From the NCBI GenBank assembly GCA_965203445.1, contig OZ241883.1:64001-128000 (forward strand): a stretch of 64,000 nt of DNA, read 5' to 3'. The DNA comes from Candidatus Oxydemutator sp. (GTDB taxonomy: Bacteria > Pseudomonadota > Gammaproteobacteria > Poriferisulfidales > Oxydemutatoraceae). The notes below the pieces were generated by a model that saw only the letters and a list, made by a program, of their open reading frames with translations, had not been told where the DNA came from and did not search any database. This document shows, piece after piece, positions 18,177 through 29,034 of this stretch. The translations under genes were made by a program, and so were the position numbers. Positions within the stretch are counted from its first letter, which is position 1. The number at the start of each line of letters is the position of its first letter.

Positions 18177-19181
18177 TCATTGCGACCATTGCGATAGTTT
18201 TACCGGATGGATGTACAACGTGCCTTCAGGCCAGTTGGCCAACAACTTCCCGAGCTGCATCCCGTATTGTTCAGCAAGCCGTCTCTGCTCTTCGCTTTCC
18301 CACATTGCCTTTCCCCACGATGAAATGTCTCCTTGCGTAATAATCTCTCCAGGTTCGGCACACATCATCAACGAGGTCGGCAACGCTATTTCCACAAATA
18401 AATTGCCCGAGGCGAAAATCCCGCAGTAGTGAGCGAATTGCCTTATGTGCTTCGAGGATACGATGCAAATATCCGAATAACCAAAAACTAAAGGCACACG
18501 CGGGACAACATCCCGTGGTATTAAATACCAGGCTCGAAACTTCCTTATTAATCGCGCAATAACTTTGACCTTCCCCCTGAACGCTGATCCGCGCCACCCA
18601 CGTTCAACGTGTCCCAATGTTTTCCTAATATCGGTTATATTTTCCCGACCGAGCAACTCAATCCGCAAACGTGGCGCTATCGCGAAATAGGCCGGTATCG
18701 GTTTTATTGCCAACCCCAGATTCTCAAATCTTTTCAGGATCTTATCACGAGTGGGAAAGAGACCTTTCATCTGAAGCCCCTCGCCCCATCCAAAAGCCCT
18801 ATGCGTGTTACCCCAAGAGGCTGCTTCATGCAGAAACCCACATTCGGGAATAAAAGACTTGACTCTGCCACCGCCTAATCCGAAATACTCCGCATAATTC
18901 CCTTCGTTGATCATCGGATTCAACACCAGATCATCCGCGATGAACAGGTAATGCCGATGTTTCTCCGCAAAGTATTGACTGTATCCTTGAGCTATGTGTC
19001 CTTGAAAGTAACCAGAGCTTTCATAAACGGGAATCACGTTCTCACGCCCCCCCTGATAGAAAGGCATCAGGTGATAGATATGGGAAAACCTGCCGCGATA
19101 CAGGTTCTCCAGCTTTTCCACGTTGGCGATATAGCGGTGGTTGTAAATGACAACCAGGCAGACGCTGCCGTTCATCCGCAT
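18177..19181 (-). CDS. Putative glycosyltransferase (DUF288/STELLO-like), copy A
   Basis: Same motifs as copy B; ATG overlaps the ispF stop. Confidence 0.6.
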   Translation of the reverse strand: MRMNGSVCLVVIYNHRYIANVEKLENLYRGRFSHIYHLMPFYQGGRENVIPVYESSGYFQGHIAQGYSQYFAEKHRHYLFIADDLVLNPMINEGNYAEYFGLGGGRVKSFIPECGFLHEAASWGNTHRAFGWGEGLQMKGLFPTRDKILKRFENLGLAIKPIPAYFAIAPRLRIELLGRENITDIRKTLGHVERGWRGSAFRGKVKVIARLIRKFRAWYLIPRDVVPRVPLVFGYSDICIVSSKHIRQFAHYCGIFASGNLFVEIALPTSLMMCAEPGEIITQGDISSWGKAMWESEEQRRLAEQYGMQLGKLLANWPEGTLYIHPVKLSQWSQ

Positions 19182-19693
19182 CACGTCCCCGCCCGTCCGG
19201 AAGGAAAATCGGGCGCGCGAATCAGCGCGATGCTGTGCGCGGCGATGCCCTCGCCGCGACCGGCGAAGCCGAGTTTCTCGGTGGTCGTCGCCTTGATGCT
19301 GACGCAATTTTGCGCAAGCGCCAGATCCTCGGCCAGGTTCTTGCGCATTCCGGGGATATGCGGCTGCAACCTCGGTTCCTGCGCGATCAACGTCGAGTCG
19401 AGGTTGACGATTGCAAATCCGGCGTCTTCGAGCATCGCGTGCACTTTGCGCAGCAGCCAGCGGCTGTTGATCGCGCGGTAGGTCTCGTCTTCGTCCGGGA
19501 AATGCACGCCGACGTCGCCGAGCGCGGCGGCGCCCAGCAGCGCGTCGCACACCGAATGGATCAGCACGTCGCCGTCAGAATGCGCCTTCAGCCCGAAGGC
19601 AAACGGAATGCGCACGCCGCCGATGACGATGTGCCGGCCCTCGCCAAAGGCGTGCACGTCGTAGCCGTGCCCGATCCGCAACGTGTCGTTCAT
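19181..19693 (-). CDS. ispF: 2-C-methyl-D-erythritol 2,4-cyclodiphosphate synthase
   Basis: RIGHGYDVH, AHSDGDVLIH, KATTTEKLGF.GRGEGIAA. Confidence 0.96.
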   Translation of the reverse strand: MNDTLRIGHGYDVHAFGEGRHIVIGGVRIPFAFGLKAHSDGDVLIHSVCDALLGAAALGDVGVHFPDEDETYRAINSRWLLRKVHAMLEDAGFAIVNLDSTLIAQEPRLQPHIPGMRKNLAEDLALAQNCVSIKATTTEKLGFAGRGEGIAAHSIALIRAPDFPSGRAGT

Positions 19694-20385
19694 CGGTCCT
19701 CTCCCGCGCCCAGACTGACTTCCGCGTAACGCAAATCGTCCGGATAAGTGATTTTTACGTTGCCGGCGTCGCCGACGACCGCCTTGACCGGGTGGCCGGC
19801 GCGCTCCATCGCGCCGGCCTCGTCGGTGACCGCGTCGCCGCACGCAACGGCATCCTCCATCGCTGCGCGCAACGGCGCGTAGCGAAACAGCTGCGGCGTC
19901 ACCGCGCGCATGATGCAATCGCGGTCGAGGGTGCGCTCGACGTAGCCGCCCGTGACCTGTTTAAGCGTGTCCGCAATCGGCACGACCAATATTGCACCGC
20001 CCGCGCCGGCGGCCGCGGCCTCGCGCAACAGCCGCTCAAGGTCGGCGGCGCGCAGGCACGGGCGCACGGCATCGTGCACCGCGACCCAGTCGTCGGGCGC
20101 GGCCAAGCCGTCCAGCGCGGCCAGCGCGTTGGCCACCGACTCGGCGCGGCTGCACCCGCCGGTGCATTGCCGCACGCGCGCGTCCCGGGCGAACGCGCTT
20201 CCCGACCAACGGTCGTCTCTGGCCGACAAAGCGACGACCACGGCCTGCATCGCCGGGTGCCCGAGCAGCACCGCGAGACTGCGGTCGAGCACGCTGACGC
20301 CCGCGAGCGGCAGGTATTGCTTGGGCACGCCGCCGTTCATGCGCGCGCCGGCACCGGCCGCCGGCACGACGCCCCAACACTTCAT
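19690..20385 (-). CDS. ispD: 2-C-methyl-D-erythritol 4-phosphate cytidylyltransferase
   Basis: VVPAAGAGARM...PKQY, VHDAVRP, TPQLF, TDEA.AME, NVKITYPDDL. Confidence 0.95.
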   Translation of the reverse strand: MKCWGVVPAAGAGARMNGGVPKQYLPLAGVSVLDRSLAVLLGHPAMQAVVVALSARDDRWSGSAFARDARVRQCTGGCSRAESVANALAALDGLAAPDDWVAVHDAVRPCLRAADLERLLREAAAAGAGGAILVVPIADTLKQVTGGYVERTLDRDCIMRAVTPQLFRYAPLRAAMEDAVACGDAVTDEAGAMERAGHPVKAVVGDAGNVKITYPDDLRYAEVSLGAGEDR

Positions 20386-20720
20386 TCCTGCTCCTGTCGC
20401 GCCTCGGGCGCGCGCTCGATGACGCGCACGAAAGTCTCGCCGCGCTTGACCATACCCAGGTCCTCGCGCGCCTTTTCCTCGAGCGCACTGACGCCGGTCT
20501 TGACGTCGCGCACCTCGCGCACCAGCGCCCGGTTCTGTTCCTTCAGCGTCTCGTTGACGAGGCGCTCGCGCTCGTTCGACTCGCGCAACCCGAACCACCG
20601 CGACAGGCCGTCGTCGCCCCACAGCGAAAACTGCAACGACGCGAACAGCACCAGCAGCAGCGCCCCCAGGACGCGCACGCCCCAACGCGCGCCGCCGCGC
20701 TTTGCGCGCCGCGCCGTCAC
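20382..20720 (-). CDS. ftsB: Cell division protein FtsB
   Basis: TM + LQFSLWG..G, coiled coil, EEKAREDLGMVK.GETF; precedes ispD. Confidence 0.9.
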   Translation of the reverse strand: MTARRAKRGGARWGVRVLGALLLVLFASLQFSLWGDDGLSRWFGLRESNERERLVNETLKEQNRALVREVRDVKTGVSALEEKAREDLGMVKRGETFVRVIERAPEARQEQE

Positions 20721-21307
20721 CGCGTCTCCAACAGGCGTTCGAGATAGCGCGCGAGCACGTCCACCTCGATGTTGACGCGGTCGCCGGCGACGCGGTCACG
20801 CAAGGTGGTCGCCTCCAACGTGTACGGAATCAGGTTCGTCCAAAAACTGGACGAACCCACGTCGTTGATCGTCAGGCTTACGCCGTCCACGCACACCGCG
20901 CCCTTGCGCGCGAGATAACGCGCAAGCGCCGGCGGAAAACGGATTGCAACGCGCCGCGATCCGCCGTCGGCGACGACGCTTGTGATTTCACCCACGCCGT
21001 CCACGTGGCCGCTGACGAAATGGCCGTCGAGTCGGGCCGACGCCTGCAACGCGGGCTCGAGATTGACCGCGTCGCCGATCTCGAGACCACCGAGCGTCGT
21101 GCACGACAGCGTCTCGGACGACACGTCGGAGGCAAAACCGCGGCCGTTGCGCGCGGCGACGGTCAGACAGACGCCGTTGACCGCAATGCTGGCGCCGGCG
21201 CGGGCGGCTACGAGGCCGGCGTCCGGCTCGACGTGCAGGCGGCGGTCGCGGCCGCCGTCGCCGACCGCCACAACCCGCCCCGTCGCGCGCACGATGCCGC
21301 TGAACAT
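20717..21307 (-). CDS. ribE: Riboflavin synthase (alpha chain)
   Basis: MFSGIV, SIAVNGVCLTV, VNLE, GHFVSGHVDG, DGVSLT, VNIEVD. Confidence 0.95.
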   Translation of the reverse strand: MFSGIVRATGRVVAVGDGGRDRRLHVEPDAGLVAARAGASIAVNGVCLTVAARNGRGFASDVSSETLSCTTLGGLEIGDAVNLEPALQASARLDGHFVSGHVDGVGEITSVVADGGSRRVAIRFPPALARYLARKGAVCVDGVSLTINDVGSSSFWTNLIPYTLEATTLRDRVAGDRVNIEVDVLARYLERLLETR

Positions 21308-21310
21308 CGC

Positions 21311-21937
21311 CTACCCGACGCGCCTTTTGCGCACGGACGCCTTCCTGCGCGACGCGGCGGCGGCCTCGGCGGCGAGAGCGACCGAATACAAGGTCATCGG
21401 CAACCCGCTCGCGTTGTCGAACTCGGCGGCCGCGGCCACGCCGACGCGCGCGATCTCCTCGGCCTCGTCGCAGCGCTCATAGACGCCGAACATCGCGCCC
21501 AACGCGAACTCGCTGCCGGCGCCGATGGCCCAGAACTTCGAGTACTCGAAGACCTCGCGCAGCGAGAACACCGAAAATACACCGTGGCGGTTGACGATCA
21601 GCGCGTCTATGCGGCTCGATTCGTACGGCGTGTCGTCGTCCTCCTTCGGGTTCAGGTAATAGCGCTCCTTCAACAGCGGGTGGATGCGGCGAAACGACTC
21701 GAAAATCGCCATGCGCGAACTGAAGTCGTAGTCGCCGCCGGCGTCGGCCAGCAGGCTTCTGACGACCGCGTCGTGGGCGGCGCTGCCGACGAGGCCGACG
21801 TGGCTGCCGGCGTACTCGAAAATCTTGTCGTGCGACAACTCATAGGCGCTGCTCTGCTTGACGTCGCCGAAGCTGGTCAGCGTGTCGGCGGCGATGCAGG
21901 CGCGGCCACCCTTGCGCACGACGACTATCGTGGACAC
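21311..21937 (-). CDS. Proteasome-related Ntn hydrolase (BPH/HslV-like)
   Basis: MSTIVVV.K....IAAD.LTSFG, KIF, GLVGSAAH, YESS, FWAIGAG.EFALGAM. Confidence 0.75.
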   Translation of the reverse strand: MSTIVVVRKGGRACIAADTLTSFGDVKQSSAYELSHDKIFEYAGSHVGLVGSAAHDAVVRSLLADAGGDYDFSSRMAIFESFRRIHPLLKERYYLNPKEDDDTPYESSRIDALIVNRHGVFSVFSLREVFEYSKFWAIGAGSEFALGAMFGVYERCDEAEEIARVGVAAAAEFDNASGLPMTLYSVALAAEAAAASRRKASVRKRRVG

Positions 21938-23058
21938 GGTTCCGCCAGTATTCTGAGATCGTTTCCCATCATGCGCACGTCGCGGTAGCGGAACTCCTCC
22001 CGCCGCCCGATACTTTCAATGATACCGTCGAAGCGCGCAAGTCCCCTGCCGGCGTGCCCCAACAGGTGCGGCGCGACGTACAACAGCAGTTCGTCGCAGA
22101 GCCTGGCCTCGATCAGCGCACCGGCCAGCACCGCGCCGCTCTCGACCTGCACTTCGTTGATCGCGAAGCGCGCGGCCAGCGTTTCGAGCAACGCCGCCAG
22201 CGGCACGCGACGTTTATCCGTATCGAACGCGAGCACCTCGACGCCGCGCTCCCGAAACGCGCGCACGCGCCCACCGTCGGCGCGACACGCGGCGACCACG
22301 GCTTTGCCCGCGCACGCATAGACGTTCGCCGTCGGCTTCGTCTTCAGGTCGCCGTCTATGACTACGCGCAACGGCTGGCGCACTTCGCCGGTTCCCATGC
22401 CGAGACCGAGGTCGGAAGCGGTCAAGCGTACGTTCAGACGCGGATCGTCGTGGTTCACGGTGCCGCTGCCGGCCACCAACGCGCCGCTCCGCGCGCGCCA
22501 GAACTGCACGTCGCGTCGCGCCGCCTCGCCGCTGATCCAGGCGCTTTCCCCCGACGCCAGCGCGGTGCGCCCATCGAGGCTGATCGCCGACTTGACGCGC
22601 ACCCACGGACGCCCGCGCGTCATGCGCGATACGAAACCGCGGTTCAGGCGCCCGGCCTCATCGCCCAGCAGACCGCACTCGACGGCGACACCGGCCGCGG
22701 CCAGCGCCGCGACGCCGGCACCGTTGACTCGCGGGTTCGGATCGCGCATCGCCGCGACCACGCGTGCGACGCCGGCCTCGATCAGCGCGTCGCTGCACGG
22801 CGGCGTCCTCCCCTGGTGCGAACACGGTTCGAGCGTCAGGTACGCGGTGGCGCCGCGCGCCGCTGCGCCGGCGTCGTGCAACGCGGCAATCTCGGCGTGC
22901 GCGCCGCCGGCGCGGGCGTGAAACCCCCGCCCGACGATACGTCCGCCGTGATCGTCGGGCCGCACGATGACGCAGCCGACGCTCGGATTGGGGTGTGCGG
23001 TGTACAGCCCGCGCCGCGCCAACGCCAGCGCCTTGCACATGAAATAGGCGTCGTTCAT
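21925..23058 (-). CDS. ribD: Bifunctional riboflavin biosynthesis deaminase/reductase
   Basis: PNPSVGCVIV, HAE, TLEPCSHQGRTPPC, SLDGRTA, DDPRLNVR, VESG. Confidence 0.95.
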   Translation of the reverse strand: MNDAYFMCKALALARRGLYTAHPNPSVGCVIVRPDDHGGRIVGRGFHARAGGAHAEIAALHDAGAAARGATAYLTLEPCSHQGRTPPCSDALIEAGVARVVAAMRDPNPRVNGAGVAALAAAGVAVECGLLGDEAGRLNRGFVSRMTRGRPWVRVKSAISLDGRTALASGESAWISGEAARRDVQFWRARSGALVAGSGTVNHDDPRLNVRLTASDLGLGMGTGEVRQPLRVVIDGDLKTKPTANVYACAGKAVVAACRADGGRVRAFRERGVEVLAFDTDKRRVPLAALLETLAARFAINEVQVESGAVLAGALIEARLCDELLLYVAPHLLGHAGRGLARFDGIIESIGRREEFRYRDVRMMGNDLRILAEPCPR

Positions 23059-23639
23059 CGCCCCGCCGCGACGCCCTCCCCGCTATTGCCCCCGTCGCGG
23101 TCCCCGCCGTGGCTCCCGCCGTCACCCTTGCCGTCGCCCTCGCCGTCGAGTGCGAGCGGCAGCTGCCCGTCGTCGGCTTTGCCGGCGGCGGGCCTGCCGA
23201 TGCCGTCCACCAGTTCGCGGAACGCGCCGGCGTCCTGAAAATTCCTGTAGACCGACGCAAAACGCACGTAGGCTACGGTGTCTAGTTTTTCCAGCTTGCG
23301 CATCACCATCTGACCGATACGCCGCGACCCGACCTCGCGCTTTCTGACCGACATCAAGCTGAGTTCGACGGCCTTGACGAGTTCGTCCAACGTGCCCTCG
23401 GCGACCGGTCTTTTGGTCGTCGCCAGTTCCAGGCTGCGCCGCAGTTTGTCGGCGTCGAACGGTTCGCGGCGCCCGTCGCGCTTGACGACCTTGGGAGCGG
23501 TCGGGTGCAGCGTTTCGTACGTCGTGAAGCGTTTGCGGCAATCGCGGCACTCGCGCCGGCGTCGGATAGCGGTGCCGTCGGAAACCGGGCGCGTGTCGGT
23601 GACCTCGGCCTTCGGGGCGCCGCAGAACGGGCAGTTCAC
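23055..23639 (-). CDS. nrdR: Transcriptional repressor NrdR
   Basis: CPFCG...DTR...IRRRREC..C..RFTTYE, ATP cone, VAYVRFASVY; GTG start. Confidence 0.95.
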   Translation of the reverse strand: MNCPFCGAPKAEVTDTRPVSDGTAIRRRRECRDCRKRFTTYETLHPTAPKVVKRDGRREPFDADKLRRSLELATTKRPVAEGTLDELVKAVELSLMSVRKREVGSRRIGQMVMRKLEKLDTVAYVRFASVYRNFQDAGAFRELVDGIGRPAAGKADDGQLPLALDGEGDGKGDGGSHGGDRDGGNSGEGVAAGR

Positions 23640-23664
23640 TGTACGCGGGACGCGCGCGGGCTCC

Positions 23665-24918
23665 TCAGTCGCCGTACACCGGAAACTTGCGGCACAACTC
23701 GAGAACCTGGGCCTTGACGGCGGCGATTGTGGCCTCGTTTTCAAGATCGTCCAGCACGTCGCACACGAGGTTCGTAAGGTGCGCGGTTTCCTCGTTGCCG
23801 AAGCCGCGCGTCGTGATCGCCGGCGTTCCCAGGCGCAGCCCGCTGGTCACAAAAGGCGACTTCGGATCGTTCGGCACGCTGTTCTTGTTGACCGTGACGT
23901 TGGCGCGCCCGAGGGCGGCGTCCGCGGCCTTGCCAGTCACATCTCTCGAGATCAGACTGACCAACATCAGGTGGTTGTCGGTGCCGCCCGACACGATCTC
24001 GTAGCCGCGCTCGATCATCGTGTTCGCCATGACCGCGGCGTTGCTCTTGACCAGGCGGATGTAGTCCCGGAAGTCGGCCTGCATCGCCTCCTTGAACGCG
24101 ACCGCCTTGGCCGCGATGACGTGCATCAGCGGGCCGCCCTGCATTCCGGGGAACACCATCGAATTGATTTTTTTCTCGATCTCTTCGTTGCGCTTGCAGA
24201 CGATGAAGCCGCTGCGCGGGCCGCGCAAGGTCTTGTGCGTGGTCGAAGTCACGACGTCGGCGTGCGCCACCGGGTTGGGGTATTCGCCGGCGGCGACCAA
24301 GCCCGACACGTGCGCCATGTCCACCACCAGCCAGGCGCCGACTTTGGCGGCGATCGCGGCCATGCGCTCCCAGTCCACGATGCGCGAGTACGCCGAGAAG
24401 CCGGCGATGATCATCTTCGGTTTGCACGCGAGCGCCTGGCGCTCGATCTCGTCATAGACGAGCAGGCCGTCCTCGTTCACGCCGTACTGCTCGGCGTTGA
24501 AGATCTGGCCCGAGAAATTGACCTGGGAACCGTGCGTCAGATGGCCGCCGTCGGCGAGACTCATGCCCATAATCACGTCGCCCGGCTGGCACAGCGCCAG
24601 ATAGACCGCGGCGTTGGCCTGCGAACCCGAGTGCGGCTGGACGTTGGCGTAGTCGGCGCCGTAGAGTTCCTTCAGCCGTTCGATTGCCAGCTGCTCGGCG
24701 ACGTCGACGTTGTCGCAGCCGCCGTAGTAGCGCTTGCCGGGGTAACCTTCGGCGTACTTGTTGGTCAGCACCGATCCCTGCGCCTCGAGCACGCGCGGGC
24801 TGGTGTAGTTCTCGGACGCGATCAACTCGACGTGTTCCTCCTGGCGCCTGCGCTCGGCTTCGAGCGCGATGCCCAGTTCGGGATCGAAATCCGCGATTTT
24901 CATGCTGCGGTCGAACAT
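23665..24918 (-). CDS. glyA: Serine hydroxymethyltransferase
   Basis: [42 protein letters not shown]. Confidence 0.98.
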   Translation of the reverse strand: MFDRSMKIADFDPELGIALEAERRRQEEHVELIASENYTSPRVLEAQGSVLTNKYAEGYPGKRYYGGCDNVDVAEQLAIERLKELYGADYANVQPHSGSQANAAVYLALCQPGDVIMGMSLADGGHLTHGSQVNFSGQIFNAEQYGVNEDGLLVYDEIERQALACKPKMIIAGFSAYSRIVDWERMAAIAAKVGAWLVVDMAHVSGLVAAGEYPNPVAHADVVTSTTHKTLRGPRSGFIVCKRNEEIEKKINSMVFPGMQGGPLMHVIAAKAVAFKEAMQADFRDYIRLVKSNAAVMANTMIERGYEIVSGGTDNHLMLVSLISRDVTGKAADAALGRANVTVNKNSVPNDPKSPFVTSGLRLGTPAITTRGFGNEETAHLTNLVCDVLDDLENEATIAAVKAQVLELCRKFPVYGD

Positions 24919-24989
24919 GCCTGCTCCTTCGGGTGGGTGAAAACGGCCGATTATACCTTGAGAGGGGCCGGCGCACCGTCGCCGCGGTC

Positions 24990-26108
<1,119 letters not shown>

Positions 26109-27542
26109 GGGACGCCCTGCCGACGTGCTCCTCAGGGAAGTAATTCTTGAAATGGGTGTATTTGCCGATGAAGGTCAGCTTGCTCTTAAACGTCGGGCCG
26201 TTGCGCTGCTTGACGACCTCGACGTTGATGACGCCGCTGTTTTCGTCCTCGCCGCGCTCGTCGCCCCGGTAGAGCACGGCGATCAGGTCGGCGTCCTGTT
26301 CGAGCGCGCCGGACTCGCGCAGGTCGGACATCTGCGGTTTTTTCTCGGGGCGGCTCTCGATGTTGCGATTCAACTGCGACAGCGCGACGACCGGCAGGTT
26401 CACTTCCCTCGCCAGCGCCTTCAGCGCGCGCGAGATCTCGGAAATCTCGACGGCGCGGTTTTCGACCGAGTTGCGCGAGCGCATCAGCTGCAAATAATCC
26501 ACGACGACCAGCGCCAGGTCGCGGTGTTCGCGGTGCAGGCGGCGCACGCGCGCGCGCACCTCGGTCGGCGTCAGGCTCGGGCTGTCGTCCACGTAAATGC
26601 CGACGTCGGAGAAGCGCGTGTACCACTCGGTCAGCCGCGCCCATTCCTCATCCGCGAGCCTGCCGGTGCGCAGGTGCATCTGGTCTATCCGGCCGAGCGA
26701 CGAATACAGGCGCGTCGCGATCTGGTGCGCCGGCATCTCCATGCTGAAGATCGCGACCGTGCCGCACCGCTGGCGGACCGCGGCGTGTTCGGCGACGTTC
26801 AGCGCGAAACTGGTCTTGCCCATGGACGGGCGCCCGGCGACGATCACCAGATCGCCGGCTTGCAGGCCGCTGGTCTTCTCGTCGAATTCGGTGAAGCCGG
26901 TGGCCACGCCGGTGATCGCGCCGGGCGATTTGCGGCGCTCGTCCACCTGCTCATAGACCAGCTTGCCAAGATGATGCAGTGGCTGAAATTCCGCCGACTT
27001 GCGCGCGACGCGGTCGGCCAGGCCGAAGACGCGCTGTTCGGCGCGGTCGAGCAGTTCGCTGCTGCCCTCGCCGGTGCTCGCGTGCGCGTCCTCGATGATC
27101 TCGGTCGCCTCCTTGATCAGGCGGCGACGCATCGCGTTCTCGTGCACGATGCGCGCGTAGGCGGCGATGTTGGCCGAGCCTGGCACCTCGCCGGCGAGTT
27201 CCGACAAATACGACAGCGTCTTGTCGCCGCCGGCCTGCTTGTCGCCCCTCAGACGGTCGGCGACGGTGACCACGTCGCACGGCTGCCCGGCCTCGGCGAG
27301 ATCGCTTACGACGCGAAACAGCTCGCGGTTCTGCCGCGAGTAGAAATCCTCCTCCGACAGAACGTCGGAGACCTTGTCCCAGGCCTCGTCGTCCAGCAAC
27401 AGCCCGCCGATGACGGCCTGCTCGGCCTCGACGGAATGAGGCGGCACGCGCATGGCCGCGACCTCGCCGCCGTTGCGCGCGGGTTCCGACAACGCCGCCA
27501 CCGCCGTCTATCCTATGGTGCCCTCGGCCGACGCGACGCGGC

Positions 27543-28013
27543 CTACTCCCGGCCGCTCTCGCCGCCCGCGCCGGCTATCGTCAGGCGGACGACCGCGTTG
27601 ACGTCGGCGTGCAGGTGCAGTTCCACCGGGTACTCGCCCAGCTCGCGGAACACGCCGTCCGGCAGGCGCACTTCCGACTTGGCGACGTCCACGCCGCAGG
27701 TCCTCGACACCGCGGCGGCGATCTCGGCGGTGCCGACCGAACCGAACATCTTGCCCTCCGCGCCGACCTCTACGGTGACCACGACCGCGGCGTCGTTCAC
27801 CTTGGCCGCGCGCTCCTCGGCCTTGGCGCGCTCCTCGCGCATCTGCTGCTCGAGCTCGGCCTTGCGGCGCTCGACTTTGGCGACGTTTTCCTCGGTCGCA
27901 GGCTCGGCCTTGCCCGACGGGATCAGGTAGTTGCGGGCGTAGCCCGGGCGCGTCCTGACGACGTCGCCCACGTCGCCCAGTTTCTCGACTTTGTCGAGCA
28001 ATATGATTTCCAC
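27543..28013 (-). CDS. rplI: 50S ribosomal protein L9
   Basis: EIILLDKV.KLG.VGDVV...PGYARNYLIP.GKA, GKMFGSV; GTG start. Confidence 0.96.
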   Translation of the reverse strand: MEIILLDKVEKLGDVGDVVRTRPGYARNYLIPSGKAEPATEENVAKVERRKAELEQQMREERAKAEERAAKVNDAAVVVTVEVGAEGKMFGSVGTAEIAAAVSRTCGVDVAKSEVRLPDGVFRELGEYPVELHLHADVNAVVRLTIAGAGGESGRE

Positions 28014-28023
28014 GTCGTCCTCT

Positions 28024-28935
28024 TCAGTCGTTTTCTCGTTCGCCGCCGGCGCGCGCCGAAAGACGGCGCAAACCGAACAGGCTGTCACTCCATCCCAGCA
28101 CCACCACCGCAAGCAGCAGCAGCGGCTCGAAGACGGACAGCGCCAGCAGCACGTAGAAGACGCGGTGCCACAGCCGCCCGCGCGCAAGGCCGGCAAGCCA
28201 GCCGTGCACCACGGCCACACCCTGCAGCAGGAACAACGGCATCATGACCAGCGCCAGCTGCCGCAACACCGGCGCCTCGGCCGGCACCGAGACAACCGCC
28301 GTCGCAATTCCCAGAACCGCAACTCCCCTGCCGACGCCAAGCGACGTGAACTCGTCCCTGAAGCACCCCGGCGCGTCCAGCAGCGACTGCCACCAGCGCC
28401 CCAATAATAACATCAACGACCAGATCAGCAGCAGCGACGACAGCGCGATGCCGTTCATCAGGGGCGCCATCGCAAGCAACGCGGCCGTCACGGGGTCGCC
28501 GACGCCAAGCAGGCGCGCGTAGCCGAGCAGCGCCTCGCGCCACCAATCCTCGACACCGGGTAGCTGCGCCATCACGACCACCGCCGCCGCCGTCACCGCC
28601 GAGGCCGCGACCAGCGGCCGCGACGGCGAGCGGCAACGCCGCAGCAGCGCGGCCAGCGGCAGCAGCGGCAGCCACTGCAACAGCGACACACCGACAATCG
28701 GCGGCAGGCCGCCGCGAAAACCATGCAGCAGGTAGAACAATACCGCCAGCACCGCGCACGCGCCCGCGACCACCCCGGCGGCGCGACGCCAGTCGAGCGC
28801 CAGCGCAAGCAACGCGACGCAGCCGCCGGCGAGAATACCGACGACCGGCAACAGCACCGACAACAGCGCAAAACCGAGCACCGCGGCCAACGCCTGCGGA
28901 TAGCCCGTCATGACGAAGGCGGCGATCTTTCTCAT
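28024..28935 (-). CDS. Membrane protein of the YybS/DUF2232 type
   Basis: Multi-TM protein with LGRWWQSLL..PG.FR.EF; usual position between rpsR and rplI. Confidence 0.75.
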   Translation of the reverse strand: MRKIAAFVMTGYPQALAAVLGFALLSVLLPVVGILAGGCVALLALALDWRRAAGVVAGACAVLAVLFYLLHGFRGGLPPIVGVSLLQWLPLLPLAALLRRCRSPSRPLVAASAVTAAAVVVMAQLPGVEDWWREALLGYARLLGVGDPVTAALLAMAPLMNGIALSSLLLIWSLMLLLGRWWQSLLDAPGCFRDEFTSLGVGRGVAVLGIATAVVSVPAEAPVLRQLALVMMPLFLLQGVAVVHGWLAGLARGRLWHRVFYVLLALSVFEPLLLLAVVVLGWSDSLFGLRRLSARAGGEREND

Positions 28936-28958
28936 GACCAGGAGCAGGTTGAAGACGT

Positions 28959-28984
28959 CGGGCGCCCCCGTTCGGGAGCGCCCG
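28959..28984. terminator. GC-rich hairpin downstream of the NHLP gene (possible terminator or processing site)
   Basis: cgggcgcccccg-ttc-gggagcgcccg imperfect inverted repeat; no clear U-tract. Confidence 0.35.
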
Positions 28985-29034
28985 TATATGGAAACGCCCT
29001 GAGCGAGGGTTCGGGTCGCCGCTACTTACCGAGG

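Larger units (their letters stand above)
16649..19207. repeat. Tandem duplication (~1.26 kb unit): ispF 3' end + glycosyltransferase-like gene + dinG 5' end
   Basis: 16649-~17218 matches 17913-~18482 (offset 1264) almost exactly; 17887-17912 copies the ispF end at 19181-19207. Confidence 0.92.
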
